Assembly (NCBI GenBank): GCA_963765205.1
Contig: CAVXVB010000009.1
Location: 1,088,001-1,152,000 of the forward strand
DNA length: 64,000 nucleotides
Direction: 5' to 3'
Source: an uncultured Verrucomicrobiae bacterium
GTDB taxonomy: Bacteria > Verrucomicrobiota > Verrucomicrobiia > Opitutales > JABDGR01
The translations under genes were made by a program, and so were the position numbers. The notes below the pieces were generated by a model that saw only the letters and a list, made by a program, of their open reading frames with translations, made no database searches and was not told the DNA's origin. Positions 10,556 to 21,341 of this stretch are shown one piece after another; position 1 is the stretch's first letter; every line of letters begins with the position of its first letter.

Positions 10556-13045
10556 ATGAGAACGAATGACCTCGGATTGGGCAACGCCCCGCGCCCGACA
10601 CGGAGCCGGTCACCGAACGGGAAACGGCGGGCAATAATCGGCGCCTTGGTCATCGCGATTTTTGCCACAGGCTGGGCAATGGGCCATTATCAGGCGATGT
10701 GGGCCAGCAAAACCCCCGTCAAGCTGCCGTTGAAAACCACGGCCAAAGCTGCAGCGAAAGCCGCCAAGGGCGCACCGTTCCAAGGCGCCGCGTGGGATCC
10801 CCACGGCCAACTGGCCGCGATTCTGCGCAAGTATAAGGGCTGGGAACGCACCATCGCCATCGCCAAGCTGGTGGATCAAACGGCGGTGCCGGATCTGGGG
10901 GTTTTGATTGCCGAAGTCCAGGACTGCCCGCAACCGGATGTGCGGCAGATGGTTTATGACGCCGTGTTTGCCAAATGGGTGGGCAGCGACGTGCCCGGCG
11001 CGCTGGCGTGCGCGAACACGCTGTCCTTGCGCTCGGGCAAGTCGGAAGTTTTGGACAGCGTATTTGTGGCGTGGTCAGGCCTGAACCCGAAAGCCGCGCT
11101 GGCCGCCGCCCTGCAGTTGAACAGATTTTCGTTCCGCCGCTCGGCGGTCAGCGCCGTGCTGACGAACTGGGTGCAGGGGGAGGACCCACTGGCGGCGATT
11201 GCCGCCGCCAAAAACATCCCGCCGGGTTTGGCAGGCCCAAATATTTTGCAGACGCTGTTCGACCGCTGGTCGCGGCTGGATCCGGCCGCCGCCTTCGCCG
11301 CGGTGGGCCAGATTGACAACATGGCCCAGCGGCGCGCGGTGCAGTCCCTCATTCTGAACAACCTGGCGGACAGTGATCCGGGGAATGCTTTTGATATATT
11401 GCGCCACCTGCCCGTCGGCCAGCAGTCCACACAGCTTTACAGCACGGTGTTTCTGGCTTGGGCGCGGCAGGATCCGCAGGCGGCGATGTCCGCGATTGCC
11501 GGGATGCCGGCGGGGCTGGCCCGGGGAGCCGCCATGAAAAGTGTTTACAGTGGCTGGTCGGAAGTGGACCCCGTTGCAGCCCTGCAATCGGCCCAGGGAC
11601 TGCCGCCGGGGAATGAGCGCGACAGCCTCATTCAATCGAGTTTCAGCAGCCTGGCGACACAGGATCCGGCGGCTGCGGGGGACTATTTGGCGACGCTGCC
11701 CCTAAGCAGCAACCGCAACGCACTCATCAAATCGCTGGCAAGCGCCTGGGCAGACAGTGATCCTTCCGCCGCGCTGGCCTGGCTGGATACCAACGCCAGC
11801 GGAACCACCTATGACCAGGCGGTGGGCACGGTGCTGAATTCGCTGGCGAGCATGAACCCCAGCGCGGCAGTGGCCTATATCACGCAAATGCCGCTGGGCA
11901 CAAAGCGCGACACTTATTTGCAAAACGCCATCGGCACCTGGGCCACCCAGGATTCCGCCGCGGCCCTGGCTTGGGTAAACAACAACCTGACCGGCACGCC
12001 GCACGATCTGGCGCTGGCGACAGTGGAAAAACAGGTTATCCAAGCCAATCCAACAGGGGCGATTGATTATGTCAACAACCTGCCCAGCGGCGCGAACCGC
12101 GACCAGGCGATGACAAGCCTGGCCACGTCGCTGGCGCAGCAGGATGTGTCGGCGGCCCTGAATTGGATGAACAACCTGCCGAGCGACACCCCCGCCGCCA
12201 CCCAGCAGAAGGTACTGCAAAATATCGTCAGTTCCTGGTCGAGCGTGGACCCGGCCAGCGCCGCCAATTATGTGCAACAATACGCCGGCGACCCCACTTA
12301 CAGCGCGGCCGTGGCCAGCGTGGCAACGGCCTGGGCCAAGGACGACAGCGTGGCTTCGCTGGCCTGGGCGCAGACGCTCCCCGATGGCGCCGCGCGCGAC
12401 AACGCCGTGGGCACCTCGCTGTCCAACATGGCCCAATTCGATGCCACGACCGCTTGGGCGGATGCGCAAAGCCTGCTGCCGATGCCGACCAAAACAACCG
12501 GCGCGAACAATACGTTTACGCAAATTGTCGACGCCTGGAGCACAACGGATCCCGCCGCCGCGGCCCAGATCGTGAGCGTCTTGCCGGTGGGCGGCGGCTA
12601 TAATATGGCGGTTGAGAATATTGCCAAAAACTGGATGACCAATGACCCCCAGGCCGCCTCGCAGTGGATTTCAACCCTGGCGGACAGTGGCGCGCGCGAC
12701 GACGCCGTGCGCGTCATCGTCCAAACCCAGGCCGACAATGACCCGCAGATGGCTTATACCTGGGCATCAACCATCACTGCGCCGGCCATGCGCTACAACC
12801 AAACGAACGCGGCGCTGACGGCGTGGGCAAAAACCGATCCGGCCGCCGCATCAACCGCCCTGCAATCCGCCAACGTGACCGATCAACAGCGCTCGAACAT
12901 TCAAAGGAACATTGATGCTGCGGCGAACGGCACGGCCACCGGCCTGACGAGCGCCGGCATCATCAACAGCCAGACCATAAACCAAGTGGTCAACAGCGAT
13001 GGATCCATCACTCTGACAATCACGCCGAACCCGGCGGGTAATTGA
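10556..13045 (+). CDS. Large membrane-anchored alpha-helical repeat protein
   Basis: N-terminal TM helix; many ~31-aa W...DP.AA..W...LP.G..RD.A repeats. Confidence 0.85.
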   Translation: MRTNDLGLGNAPRPTRSRSPNGKRRAIIGALVIAIFATGWAMGHYQAMWASKTPVKLPLKTTAKAAAKAAKGAPFQGAAWDPHGQLAAILRKYKGWERTIAIAKLVDQTAVPDLGVLIAEVQDCPQPDVRQMVYDAVFAKWVGSDVPGALACANTLSLRSGKSEVLDSVFVAWSGLNPKAALAAALQLNRFSFRRSAVSAVLTNWVQGEDPLAAIAAAKNIPPGLAGPNILQTLFDRWSRLDPAAAFAAVGQIDNMAQRRAVQSLILNNLADSDPGNAFDILRHLPVGQQSTQLYSTVFLAWARQDPQAAMSAIAGMPAGLARGAAMKSVYSGWSEVDPVAALQSAQGLPPGNERDSLIQSSFSSLATQDPAAAGDYLATLPLSSNRNALIKSLASAWADSDPSAALAWLDTNASGTTYDQAVGTVLNSLASMNPSAAVAYITQMPLGTKRDTYLQNAIGTWATQDSAAALAWVNNNLTGTPHDLALATVEKQVIQANPTGAIDYVNNLPSGANRDQAMTSLATSLAQQDVSAALNWMNNLPSDTPAATQQKVLQNIVSSWSSVDPASAANYVQQYAGDPTYSAAVASVATAWAKDDSVASLAWAQTLPDGAARDNAVGTSLSNMAQFDATTAWADAQSLLPMPTKTTGANNTFTQIVDAWSTTDPAAAAQIVSVLPVGGGYNMAVENIAKNWMTNDPQAASQWISTLADSGARDDAVRVIVQTQADNDPQMAYTWASTITAPAMRYNQTNAALTAWAKTDPAAASTALQSANVTDQQRSNIQRNIDAAANGTATGLTSAGIINSQTINQVVNSDGSITLTITPNPAGN

Positions 13046-13061
13046 GGCAGGAACCGGAGAC

Positions 13062-13901
13062 TCAGCCATTTTTTTGCCGGGCCAGGGCGTTCAGGCGCAA
13101 CTTTCGCATGATGATGTAGGTCAGCCGGGTCATCCAGACCCGCGGCAGGCGGCTGCCAATCCAGGCGCCCAATTTATTAGACCAGCCAGAAATCACCAGC
13201 GGTTGGCGCGCCGCCAGCGCGCGCAGCGACGCGGTGACCACCTGCGGCGGGGTCTGGCCGATGTTGATGGACACCGGCGGTTCGGCAAATCCCGCGGCAC
13301 GGAAAAACTTTGTGCTGGTTGGACCGGGACACACACAGAGGATATGGACGTTAGAGTCAAGCATTTCGCGCCACAGACCGAGGCTCCAGTTGAGCACGAA
13401 CGACTTGGTCGCGGCATAGGTGGTGAAGAAGGGCATGGGCTGGAACGCCGCCGTCGAAGCGATGTTGATGACGGCGCCGCCACGCGCGCGGAGGCGGGAT
13501 AACAGCCGCGCGGTGAGATTCACTGGCGCGCGCATGTTCAAGTCCACCATGGCGAGCGTGCGTGCGAGATTTGGCTCCGGGAATGGCCCGTAGGTGCCGA
13601 AGCCGCTGTTGTTGATGAGCAGGACTTCCCCCACTCCACCGTCCGCATCCAGCCATTTTTCGAGGACGGCGGCAGCGGCCTCCTGTCCGGCGGCATGGGA
13701 AAGGTCGGCGGGGCAATGGGTGAGCCGCCCGGCGGCGAGGGCGGCTTGGGGTGGCGTGCGAGAAAGGTTGAAAAATTTCGCTTTCGGGTTTACATTTGCG
13801 ATTGCTGTGACGAATTCCTCTCCGATGCCTGACGAAGCTCCCGTGACGACGACCGCGCCAAAGCGAGCAAGGCATTCTGGCACGGATTGTGCGTCAAACA
13901 T
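13062..13901 (-). CDS. SDR family oxidoreductase
   Basis: TGASSGIG, LINNSG, YAATK. Confidence 0.93.
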   Translation of the reverse strand: MFDAQSVPECLARFGAVVVTGASSGIGEEFVTAIANVNPKAKFFNLSRTPPQAALAAGRLTHCPADLSHAAGQEAAAAVLEKWLDADGGVGEVLLINNSGFGTYGPFPEPNLARTLAMVDLNMRAPVNLTARLLSRLRARGGAVINIASTAAFQPMPFFTTYAATKSFVLNWSLGLWREMLDSNVHILCVCPGPTSTKFFRAAGFAEPPVSINIGQTPPQVVTASLRALAARQPLVISGWSNKLGAWIGSRLPRVWMTRLTYIIMRKLRLNALARQKNG

Positions 13902-14021
13902 GAAGCGAAAAGCGGAACCCGCGACGCCGGCGGGGGTCTCAACCAGTAATGCCGTCGGTGCGCGTGTTTCCGTCTAAACGCCTGTTCTCTTCCAGTCAAC
14001 CCATAACCCACCTCCCTAACT

Positions 14022-14389
14022 ATGAGCCATGAACTGATTATCTCCGGCATCCATCTTGAACTGACGAGTGCGCTCAAAGAAGCGGTGCAATTGAAGATGG
14101 AACGATTATTCAAACACGAAACCCGCATCATTCGCCTGCGGATTGAATTGGAGCGAGCCTCGAGCAAAAACCATCTGGGGGAGTTTGTCGCCAAGGGCCA
14201 CATTACCCTCTCGGTCCCGAAATCATTGTCAGCGTGGCGTCGGAGGACTTGTATAAATCCATGGATTTGCTGGTGGATAAGCTGGACCGCAAGCTGCGCC
14301 GGCGCTCGCGCCTATTGAAAGTCAAGCGCCACCACCCGCACGAAATCGAAATCCCCTACGCGAGCCTGCCGAAAATCAGCGCGGCGTGA
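14022..14389 (+). CDS. hpf: Ribosome hibernation promoting factor / RaiA, frameshift near 14210
   Basis: ISGIHLELT.ALK.....K; second frame gives SEDLYKSMDLLVDKLDRKLRR, stop at 14387-14389. Confidence 0.85.
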
Positions 14390-14557
14390 GGGAAGAAAAT
14401 TAAGAAGTCAAAATGCAGAATGCAGAATTGAGCAGGCGGCCTTGGCCAAAAGATGGGGTTGGGCTGTTTTTTTAATTCTGCATTTTGCCTTTTGCATTCA
14501 GCATTGATTCGACGTTAAGAGTTGAACGTTATGCGTTCAGGGTTCAGTCTTGGCTCC

Positions 14558-14956
14558 ATGATGGCCATTCCCACCCTTGTCATTTCTTTTTTGTTAATCC
14601 TCGTCGGCGTCGGCGGCTACCTGATGGGGCATCCCGATCCGACCACCGGGCACGTCGGCCCAACGGCGCTGATTCCCGCCGCGGTGGGCGTGGTGCTGGG
14701 GGTGCTGGGCGCGGTTTCCTTCCGCGAAAAAGCCCGCAAGCATGCGATGCACGCAGCGGCCATGGTGGGGTTGCTGGCGGCCATCGGCGACGCGGTGCAA
14801 TTGGTCAGAACCATTTTTAACACGACCAGCGCACCCGCCGTGCGGCAGTTAAAGCTGCTCTCGATGTCCGCCACGCTGGTATTATGCGTGGTGTTTTTGG
14901 TGCTGTGCATCCGCTCGTTCATCCAGGCCCGGAAGAACCGGCAAGCCGGGCTTTAA
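14558..14956 (+). CDS. Small four-TM membrane protein
   Basis: TALIPA, RKHAMH.AA and SFIQAR motifs; four hydrophobic segments. Confidence 0.8.
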   Translation: MMAIPTLVISFLLILVGVGGYLMGHPDPTTGHVGPTALIPAAVGVVLGVLGAVSFREKARKHAMHAAAMVGLLAAIGDAVQLVRTIFNTTSAPAVRQLKLLSMSATLVLCVVFLVLCIRSFIQARKNRQAGL

Positions 14957-15079
14957 GCCGCCGGCTGACCAACAAAGGCGGCAAGGAGAGCGGGGCAGAC
15001 AGGAATCAACCGGCAGTATTTTGCTTGCGTTTTTGGCCCATCGCCCTACCTTGAATCCCTTGGCGGTTCATTTTTTTTC

Positions 15080-15153
15080 GCACCCGTAGTTCAATTGGAT
15101 AGAATGTCTGACTACGGATCAGAAGGTTGCAGGTTCAAGTCCTGCCGGGTGCA
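15080..15153 (+). tRNA. tRNA-Arg(ACG); CCA not encoded
   Basis: Acceptor stem gcacccg/cgggtgc; anticodon arm tctga-ctACGga-tcaga; T arm ggttcaagtcc. Confidence 0.97.
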
Positions 15154-15217
15154 CCCTTTACTGAAACCGGGGTGTTTTGCTTTGCCTTTTGCCTACTGGC
15201 GCGGTGAGAATTCCGCC

Positions 15218-16063
15218 ATGTGTGCTGAACCCGCCATCCTGTCTTTGGAAGACAATTTTGACGACGTGCTGAACAAGGCCCAGCGCGGCCTGGGTCTGGC
15301 CGATGGTGCGCTCTCCGCGCAGGCGGGCATTGCTCAGGATATGTTGGCGGGCCTGAAAAAGGGGCGGCTGGACGAGGCGGCGCTGGCGCGCGTCGCGCCG
15401 GTGCTGAAGTTGCAGGGCCCGAGCCTGCTGGCGCTGGCGCGCAAGACGTGGTATCCGCGAGTACCAAACCTGGCCGGGGTGGCGCAGGTGAGCAGCGCGT
15501 GGAAGGATTTTCGAGTCAACGCCTTCGTGGTCTGGCATCCGACGGCGCGACAGGCGGTGGTGTTCGACACGGGGACGACGCCTGCGCCAATCCTCGCCGT
15601 TATGAAGGAAAACAAGCTGCACGCCGAACTGCTGCTCATCACGCACACGCATGGTGACCATGTCGCCTGTTTTGCGGAATTGCGCGAGAAGCTGGGCTGG
15701 CCCCGGGCGTATGTCAGTGCGCGCGGGAGCCTGGCGGGCGCGGAGCCGATTAATGAAGGCACCACGCTTTCGGTCGGTTCGCTGCATATCGAGGCGCGGC
15801 GCACCAGCGGCCACGCGGCGTGCGGGCTGACTTATGTCGTGCGAGGCCTGGCGCAACCGGTGGCGGTGGTAGGGGACGCGCTGTTTGCCGGCTCGATGGG
15901 CGGCGCGCGCACCACGGAAGCCTACGCCGAGGCGCTGGCCACCAACCGCGCGCAGATTTTCTCGCTGCCCGACGAGACCGTGATTTGCCCCGGCCATGGG
16001 CCGCGGACGACGGTGGGGCAGGAGAAGGCGCATAACGCATTTTTTCCAGAATTTAAGTCATAA
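15218..16063 (+). CDS. MBL-fold metallo-hydrolase with an HTH-like N-terminal extension
   Basis: THTHGDH, GH, GDALFAGS, PGHGP.TT. Confidence 0.9.
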   Translation: MCAEPAILSLEDNFDDVLNKAQRGLGLADGALSAQAGIAQDMLAGLKKGRLDEAALARVAPVLKLQGPSLLALARKTWYPRVPNLAGVAQVSSAWKDFRVNAFVVWHPTARQAVVFDTGTTPAPILAVMKENKLHAELLLITHTHGDHVACFAELREKLGWPRAYVSARGSLAGAEPINEGTTLSVGSLHIEARRTSGHAACGLTYVVRGLAQPVAVVGDALFAGSMGGARTTEAYAEALATNRAQIFSLPDETVICPGHGPRTTVGQEKAHNAFFPEFKS

Positions 16064-16136
16064 GTGGGGTTAAATTCTCGATGGCGTATCAGCTTCGTTG
16101 ATTATGCCACCTCTTGCACTCATCAAAGATTCGCCC

Positions 16137-17053
16137 ATGGATATGCTATTTCCGATCGTAGTTGCGATTTTGTCGGGCGCGGTGATCTACCCTGCTACGC
16201 TGATCCGACGCGAAGTTTTTCAGCATGGATTACAAAGGGAAAAAACCTGCGGCGCGCGGGTGAATCGGTTTTGGGATGTGTTCTATTGGTTGCTCGGGGG
16301 CATGGTGCGGTTCCTGGTGGTTATGATTTTTGGCTTTCGCTTGTGGATATTTTCTGCCTGCTCTTGCTGCGGCTGGGTGACCGAACGTCCATTGATTATG
16401 TGCATGAAGTGGATACGGTTGCCAGTGTCGTTCTCGTGGTCGGCTGGCTGGTGGGCGTCGCTTGGAGCGTTCGCGTTTACTTTCCGTTTTTCACCTCGCG
16501 TTCAAATTATTTTCGCGGACTCGTCGCCGGAGGACTGGCCATTCCAATCGTGGCTTTAGGCTGGTTGGTACTTGTTGCCTTGATGTGGGCGAAGGAACTG
16601 TTCTTTTTTATGGCGCCGCCTTTTACTGAGTTTCGCTCATCAGCGGTTCCGGCCAAGCAAATTATAATTGTCAATGAAAGCTGGCTTGACACCGAATTGC
16701 TGGTTTTTGTCAAAGGCCAGGATGGACGATTGAAATTTGTCTGGGATTTGGGCGATGAATTTGCCGAGGCCAAATGGACCAAAGACGGCACCGTTTTCGT
16801 CTGCATGTTGACCCTTCCCAAAACCAGTGGGCGGCCTGGCGTCATGGTCGCTTATGATTTTAACACTGGGCAGGCACATGGGCCTGGCTCCAAGGATTTA
16901 GGGTATGCCAGCGCCGCGACTTGGCAGGCCGTGGAACCGACCGTGGATGCCTTGGTGTCCGCGCATGGCGGGTTTGAAACCGATTGGATCGGCTTTGATA
17001 CAATACGAAGTGGAGAACAATGGCTTTGGTTCTGGCAGGTACCCGATGTTTAA
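16137..17053 (+). CDS. Hypothetical multi-TM protein, probably one gene split by a frameshift between ~16240 and 16350
   Basis: Hydrophobic N-terminus in ORF 16098..16559 and TM/C-terminal part in ORF 16064..17053; AT-richer than the flanks. Confidence 0.5.
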
Positions 17054-17076
17054 CTGAAGCCGTAATTCACCTTGGA

Positions 17077-18498
17077 TCACCCCGACACGCTCTTTTTCCC
17101 GAACCTCATCTTCTCCGGCAGCAAAGGGCCGCCGAGGGCGACGGCGCTGAAGCCGAAGACGATGGCCGAGGAGCCCATGACGAGGCCGAGCGCGCCGGTG
17201 CCGTGGCCGGGCGGGCGCATCAGCCACCAGCCGCCGAGGCCGACATAGACGCAGCGCGCCGAGGAGGCCACCAGCGAGGTGATGGGCCGCCGCGCGCCCT
17301 GGCAGGAAAACGTCATGCCGACACCGAGGCCCCAAAAGCCGTAGGCCCAGGCGCTCCAGTGCAAATAATGGACGCCGGCCGAGATGGCTGCGGCGTCGTT
17401 TGTGAAAAAGTGCATGGTGGCCGCGGGGAAAATCCACATGAGCAAGCCGACCAGACCGGCCACTGCGAAACCCAGGCCCGCCCCCGTCCACGCCAGCCGC
17501 CGCACCTGGCCCCATTCGCCGGCGCCGACGTTCATGCCCACCAGCGGCACCAGCGCGGAGCCGATGCCGAAGACAAAGGGCATGAGCAGGCCCTCGATGC
17601 GCGTAACCGCGCCGTAGGCGGCGAGCGCGCTTTCGCTGATTTTCGCGGCCATGGCGGTCGCCATCAACTGGGTGCCAACGGAGAGGAGCGTGTTGAAGGC
17701 ACTCGGGCCGCCGACGTGGAGAATTTCCCCGATGTGCCGCCAGGAAAAATGGACTGCCCGGTTGCGGCCCGCGCGCCCGACTTCGTGCTTGAGCAACTGC
17801 CAGATGAAAATGAGCGTGAGCGCAAAATAATAAATAGCCATCACCACCGCCGCGCCGACCACGCCGCCGGCCGGCAGCGGACCCCAGCCAAGCACCGCAG
17901 GCGGAATCAGGCATGCGATGACAAGCGACACCACGGCGTTCCATTTCGAGGGGATGAGGGTGTTGCCGAGGCCGCGAAAGATGCTGGCCAGGATATTGCA
18001 CGTCCACATGAACGTGCCGGCCGCGAGGGTGATGACGCCGTAGGCAGTGGCGGTGGCGGCGACTTCGCCCGTGCCGCCCTGCCAGGCAAAAATCTCGCGG
18101 CACCAGATGGCCAGGCCGCCGGACATCACGGCGCCCACGACGCCGCCCAGCAGCACGGCGTGGACGATCAATTCAATCACCTCGTGCCGCCGGCCCGCGC
18201 CCATCGCGCGCGAAATCGCCGAGGCCACGCCGCCGCCCAAGCCGCCCGCGGCCATCATGCCGAGCAGGGTCAGCCAGGGAAAGACCAGTGCGGCGCCGGC
18301 GAGCTTGGTTGCGCTGACTTTGCCGATGAGCGCGGCTTCCTCGGCCAGGAGCGCCGAGTGCAGGAGCAGCGCGAGGACGGTCGGCACGGCGAGGCGCAGA
18401 ATGGCCATGAGCGCGCCGGAGCGGGCAAACATCGGCACATCGCCGCCCCGTTCGCCAATGATTTCAACCCCCGGATCCGACTGAGGGTTACCAGGCAT
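17077..18498 (-). CDS. MATE family efflux transporter; start may be 18432
   Basis: LAVP, RAMGAG, FRGLGNT..P, GMNVGAG; about 12 TM helices. Confidence 0.92.
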   Translation of the reverse strand: MPGNPQSDPGVEIIGERGGDVPMFARSGALMAILRLAVPTVLALLLHSALLAEEAALIGKVSATKLAGAALVFPWLTLLGMMAAGGLGGGVASAISRAMGAGRRHEVIELIVHAVLLGGVVGAVMSGGLAIWCREIFAWQGGTGEVAATATAYGVITLAAGTFMWTCNILASIFRGLGNTLIPSKWNAVVSLVIACLIPPAVLGWGPLPAGGVVGAAVVMAIYYFALTLIFIWQLLKHEVGRAGRNRAVHFSWRHIGEILHVGGPSAFNTLLSVGTQLMATAMAAKISESALAAYGAVTRIEGLLMPFVFGIGSALVPLVGMNVGAGEWGQVRRLAWTGAGLGFAVAGLVGLLMWIFPAATMHFFTNDAAAISAGVHYLHWSAWAYGFWGLGVGMTFSCQGARRPITSLVASSARCVYVGLGGWWLMRPPGHGTGALGLVMGSSAIVFGFSAVALGGPLLPEKMRFGKKSVSG

Positions 18499-19474
18499 AG
18501 GCGTTGGGGGCTTCGCCGCCCGGACCTGGCCAGATGGTGTCGATCTGCGCGAGCGTTTCGGCGGAGAGCGGGAGTTCGAGGGCGGCGCGCGCGGCGTCGA
18601 ATTGCGCGAGGGTGCGCGGGCCGATGATGGGCGCGGCGACGACAGGCTGGTGCAACAGCCACGCCAATGCGACGACCGCCGGGGGTTGGCCGAGCTGCGC
18701 GCAGAGGGCTTCGTATTTTTCGAGTTGGGGGCGAAGTTTTTCGATTTCCTTCACCGTGTCCGCGTCGGCGCGGCGGCCTTCCTTGGCTTTTTGCAACGCG
18801 CCGCCGAGCAGGCCCCCGGCGAGGGGGCTCCAGGGAATCACGCCGACGCCGTAATGTTTGCAGGCGGGGAGCACTTCGAGTTCGAGGGTGCGTTCGGTCA
18901 AATTGTAGAGGCTCTGCTCGGAGATCAGGCCCTGAAAGCGCCGGCCGCGGGCGGTCAGGCAGGCCGTCGCGATGTCCCAGCCGGCGAAATTCGAGGAGCC
19001 GACGTAGAGGATTTTGCCCTGGGCAACGAGGGTCTCCATCGCCTGCCAGATTTCGTCGAACGGGCAGCGGCGGTCAATATGGTGCATCTGGTAGAGGTCA
19101 ATGTATTCCGTCTGCATGCGGCGGAGGCTGTTCTCGCAGCCCTGGATGATTTTGCGCGCGGAGAGGCCGCGGTCCCAGTTCGGGTCGAATTGATCCTCGC
19201 GATACATGGCGGCGAAGACCTTGGTGGCGAGGACGATGCGTTCACGGCGTCCCCCACCCTGCCCGAGCCAGCGGCCCACGATTTTTTCGGTGACGCCCTC
19301 GCCTTTTTTCCAGCCATAGACGTCGGCAGTGTCAAAGAAATTGACGCCGGCGGCGAGCGCGGCGTCCATGATGGCAAAGGCATCGGCGTCGGAAGTGAGC
19401 GGGCCAAAGTTCATCGTGCCCAGGCAGAGACGCGAGACCTTGAGGCCGGAGCGGCCGAGGGGGGTGAATTTCAT
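18488..19474 (-). CDS. Aldo/keto reductase
   Basis: LGRSGLKVSRLCLGTM, DTADVYG, IDLYQMH, PWSPLAGG. Confidence 0.95.
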   Translation of the reverse strand: MKFTPLGRSGLKVSRLCLGTMNFGPLTSDADAFAIMDAALAAGVNFFDTADVYGWKKGEGVTEKIVGRWLGQGGGRRERIVLATKVFAAMYREDQFDPNWDRGLSARKIIQGCENSLRRMQTEYIDLYQMHHIDRRCPFDEIWQAMETLVAQGKILYVGSSNFAGWDIATACLTARGRRFQGLISEQSLYNLTERTLELEVLPACKHYGVGVIPWSPLAGGLLGGALQKAKEGRRADADTVKEIEKLRPQLEKYEALCAQLGQPPAVVALAWLLHQPVVAAPIIGPRTLAQFDAARAALELPLSAETLAQIDTIWPGPGGEAPNAYAW

Positions 19475-20012
19475 GGGGATATTGTGGGCGAGGTTCACCC
19501 CCGGCGTCAAGTCCGGGCGGGATTTTTGGCAAACGGGTGTTTTAACTGGGGGGGCGGGGGCCTTCCGACGACGGTTGCCGGGGGCTTTTTCCTTTCAAAT
19601 TTTGGTTTGATCTGGTTTGATTTACTCTGATTTATTTTGTTTTTACATGGTTTTGGTGTGTGTGGGGGGGGCCGGCAGTTGGCGAGGTTTCCGATTGCGT
19701 TTAAAGGAAAGGCATGCACAGGGCGGTGGCTCAGCATCAAGGCGCAGGGTAAACGATAATTGGCAAAAGTTGTAATGCTTGGTTGGCTGGGCTGGGAAGG
19801 TTGGGTGGGTTTGATAGGTTGATGCCCTGCCATAGGGATTTTTCACCGGGCTGGAAACGCTTTTCGCTCTGACGGGGCGAAAGGCAAAGCCCCAGCGTAG
19901 TGCATTTTACTCTACCGCACGTTAGCGCCAGACCTTCACTTCACTCTTTCCATTTTGGATTCAACCTTCTACATTCCACCTCCTACCTTCATCTGCTCCT
20001 CTTTCCCTTCCC

Positions 20013-21236
20013 ATGCGCATCCAAGCCCTCCGAGTTGACCGTCCGCCACCCCATGAAGCCGGCCGCGTGGCCGCGCCGCCGTATGACACGCTGAGCACGG
20101 CGGAGGCGCGGGCGCTGGCAAAGGACAACCCGCTGAGCTTCCTGCATGTGTCGCGCGCGGAGATAGACCTGCCGCTGGGCACCGATCCCTACAGCGACGC
20201 GGTGTATGAGGGGGCGAAGCAACACCTGGCCAAGCTGCGCAAGGAGGAGCACCTCAACCGCGACAGCGTGCCGGCGATTTACATTTATGAGCAGCATTGG
20301 AAGGAACACGTCCAGCGGGGGTTTGTGGTGGGTTGCCATGTGGATGATTACGAGCGGAACGTGATCAAGAAGCATGAGACGACGCGGCAGGTGAAGGAGA
20401 ACGACCGCCTGCGGCACATCCGGACGCTGGGCGTGCAGGCGGGGCTGGTGTTCCTCGCGTTTCGCGACAATGCGGCGACGGACGACTTGCTGAGCGACCT
20501 GGGCGAGGGCAAGCCGCTTTATGATTTCATAGATGAGAACCAAGTGCGGCATGTGGCCTGGCGGGTGACGGGTTCGGCGGTGGGGGATGTCATCGCGGCG
20601 TTTGCGAAGGTGCCCACGGCGTATATTGCGGACGGCCACCACCGGGCGGCAAGCGCTTGGCGGGCGGGCAAGGAGCTGCGGGCGGAGAACCCGCGGCACA
20701 CGGGGGAGGAGACTTACAACTGGTTTCCGGCGTGCATTTTTCCGGCGTCGAGCCTGCGGATTCTGCCCTACAACCGCGTGGTGAAGGACTTGAACGGGTT
20801 GTCACCGGCGGAATTTCTGGAGCGGCTGCGGACGGCGTGCAAGGTGACGGGGGCGCCAGCGCCGGAGCCGGAGTTTCCGGGGCAGGTTTCGCTTTACCTC
20901 GAGAAGCATTGGCATGGGCTGAAGTTCGACCTGCCCAAGGGGAAGGATCCGCTGGCGCGGTTGGACGCGAATGTGCTGCAGGATCGCGTGCTGGGGCCGA
21001 TCCTGGGGATTGTGGACCCGCGGACGGACACGCGCATTGACTTTGTGGGGGGCATCCGGGGGACGGCGGAATTGATGAAGCTGGTGGACTCGGGCGCGTA
21101 TGCGGCGGCGTTTTCGATGCGGCCGGTGCCGTTGGAGCAGATGATGGAAGTGGCGGACGCGGGGCAAATCATGCCGCCCAAGAGCACCTGGTTTGAGCCG
21201 AAGTTGCGTTCGGGATTATTTGTCTATCCGTATTAG
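20013..21236 (+). CDS. DUF1015 family protein
   Basis: PPYD, IKKHE.T, YIADGHHR, MPPKSTWFEPKLRSGL. Confidence 0.93.
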   Translation: MRIQALRVDRPPPHEAGRVAAPPYDTLSTAEARALAKDNPLSFLHVSRAEIDLPLGTDPYSDAVYEGAKQHLAKLRKEEHLNRDSVPAIYIYEQHWKEHVQRGFVVGCHVDDYERNVIKKHETTRQVKENDRLRHIRTLGVQAGLVFLAFRDNAATDDLLSDLGEGKPLYDFIDENQVRHVAWRVTGSAVGDVIAAFAKVPTAYIADGHHRAASAWRAGKELRAENPRHTGEETYNWFPACIFPASSLRILPYNRVVKDLNGLSPAEFLERLRTACKVTGAPAPEPEFPGQVSLYLEKHWHGLKFDLPKGKDPLARLDANVLQDRVLGPILGIVDPRTDTRIDFVGGIRGTAELMKLVDSGAYAAAFSMRPVPLEQMMEVADAGQIMPPKSTWFEPKLRSGLFVYPY

Positions 21237-21341
21237 AAGGGGATTAATGGGAGGAAGGGAAGTATGTTTAGCGCCCAAGGGCACAAATACCCGAGGGTGA
21301 TGATCCTGGAGTGATGATCCTGCAGCACCGCCGGAGCGCGG

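Noticed and set aside
15080..15153. tRNA-anchored genomic island
   Set aside because: No integrase and no duplicated tRNA 3' end found in the window
15095..15217. N-terminal extension of the MBL hydrolase ORF
   Set aside because: It overlaps the tRNA gene; the start at 15218 is more plausible
19500..20010. Riboswitch or ncRNA in the long divergent intergenic region
   Set aside because: Only low-complexity 5-10-mer repeats; no aptamer consensus I can recognise
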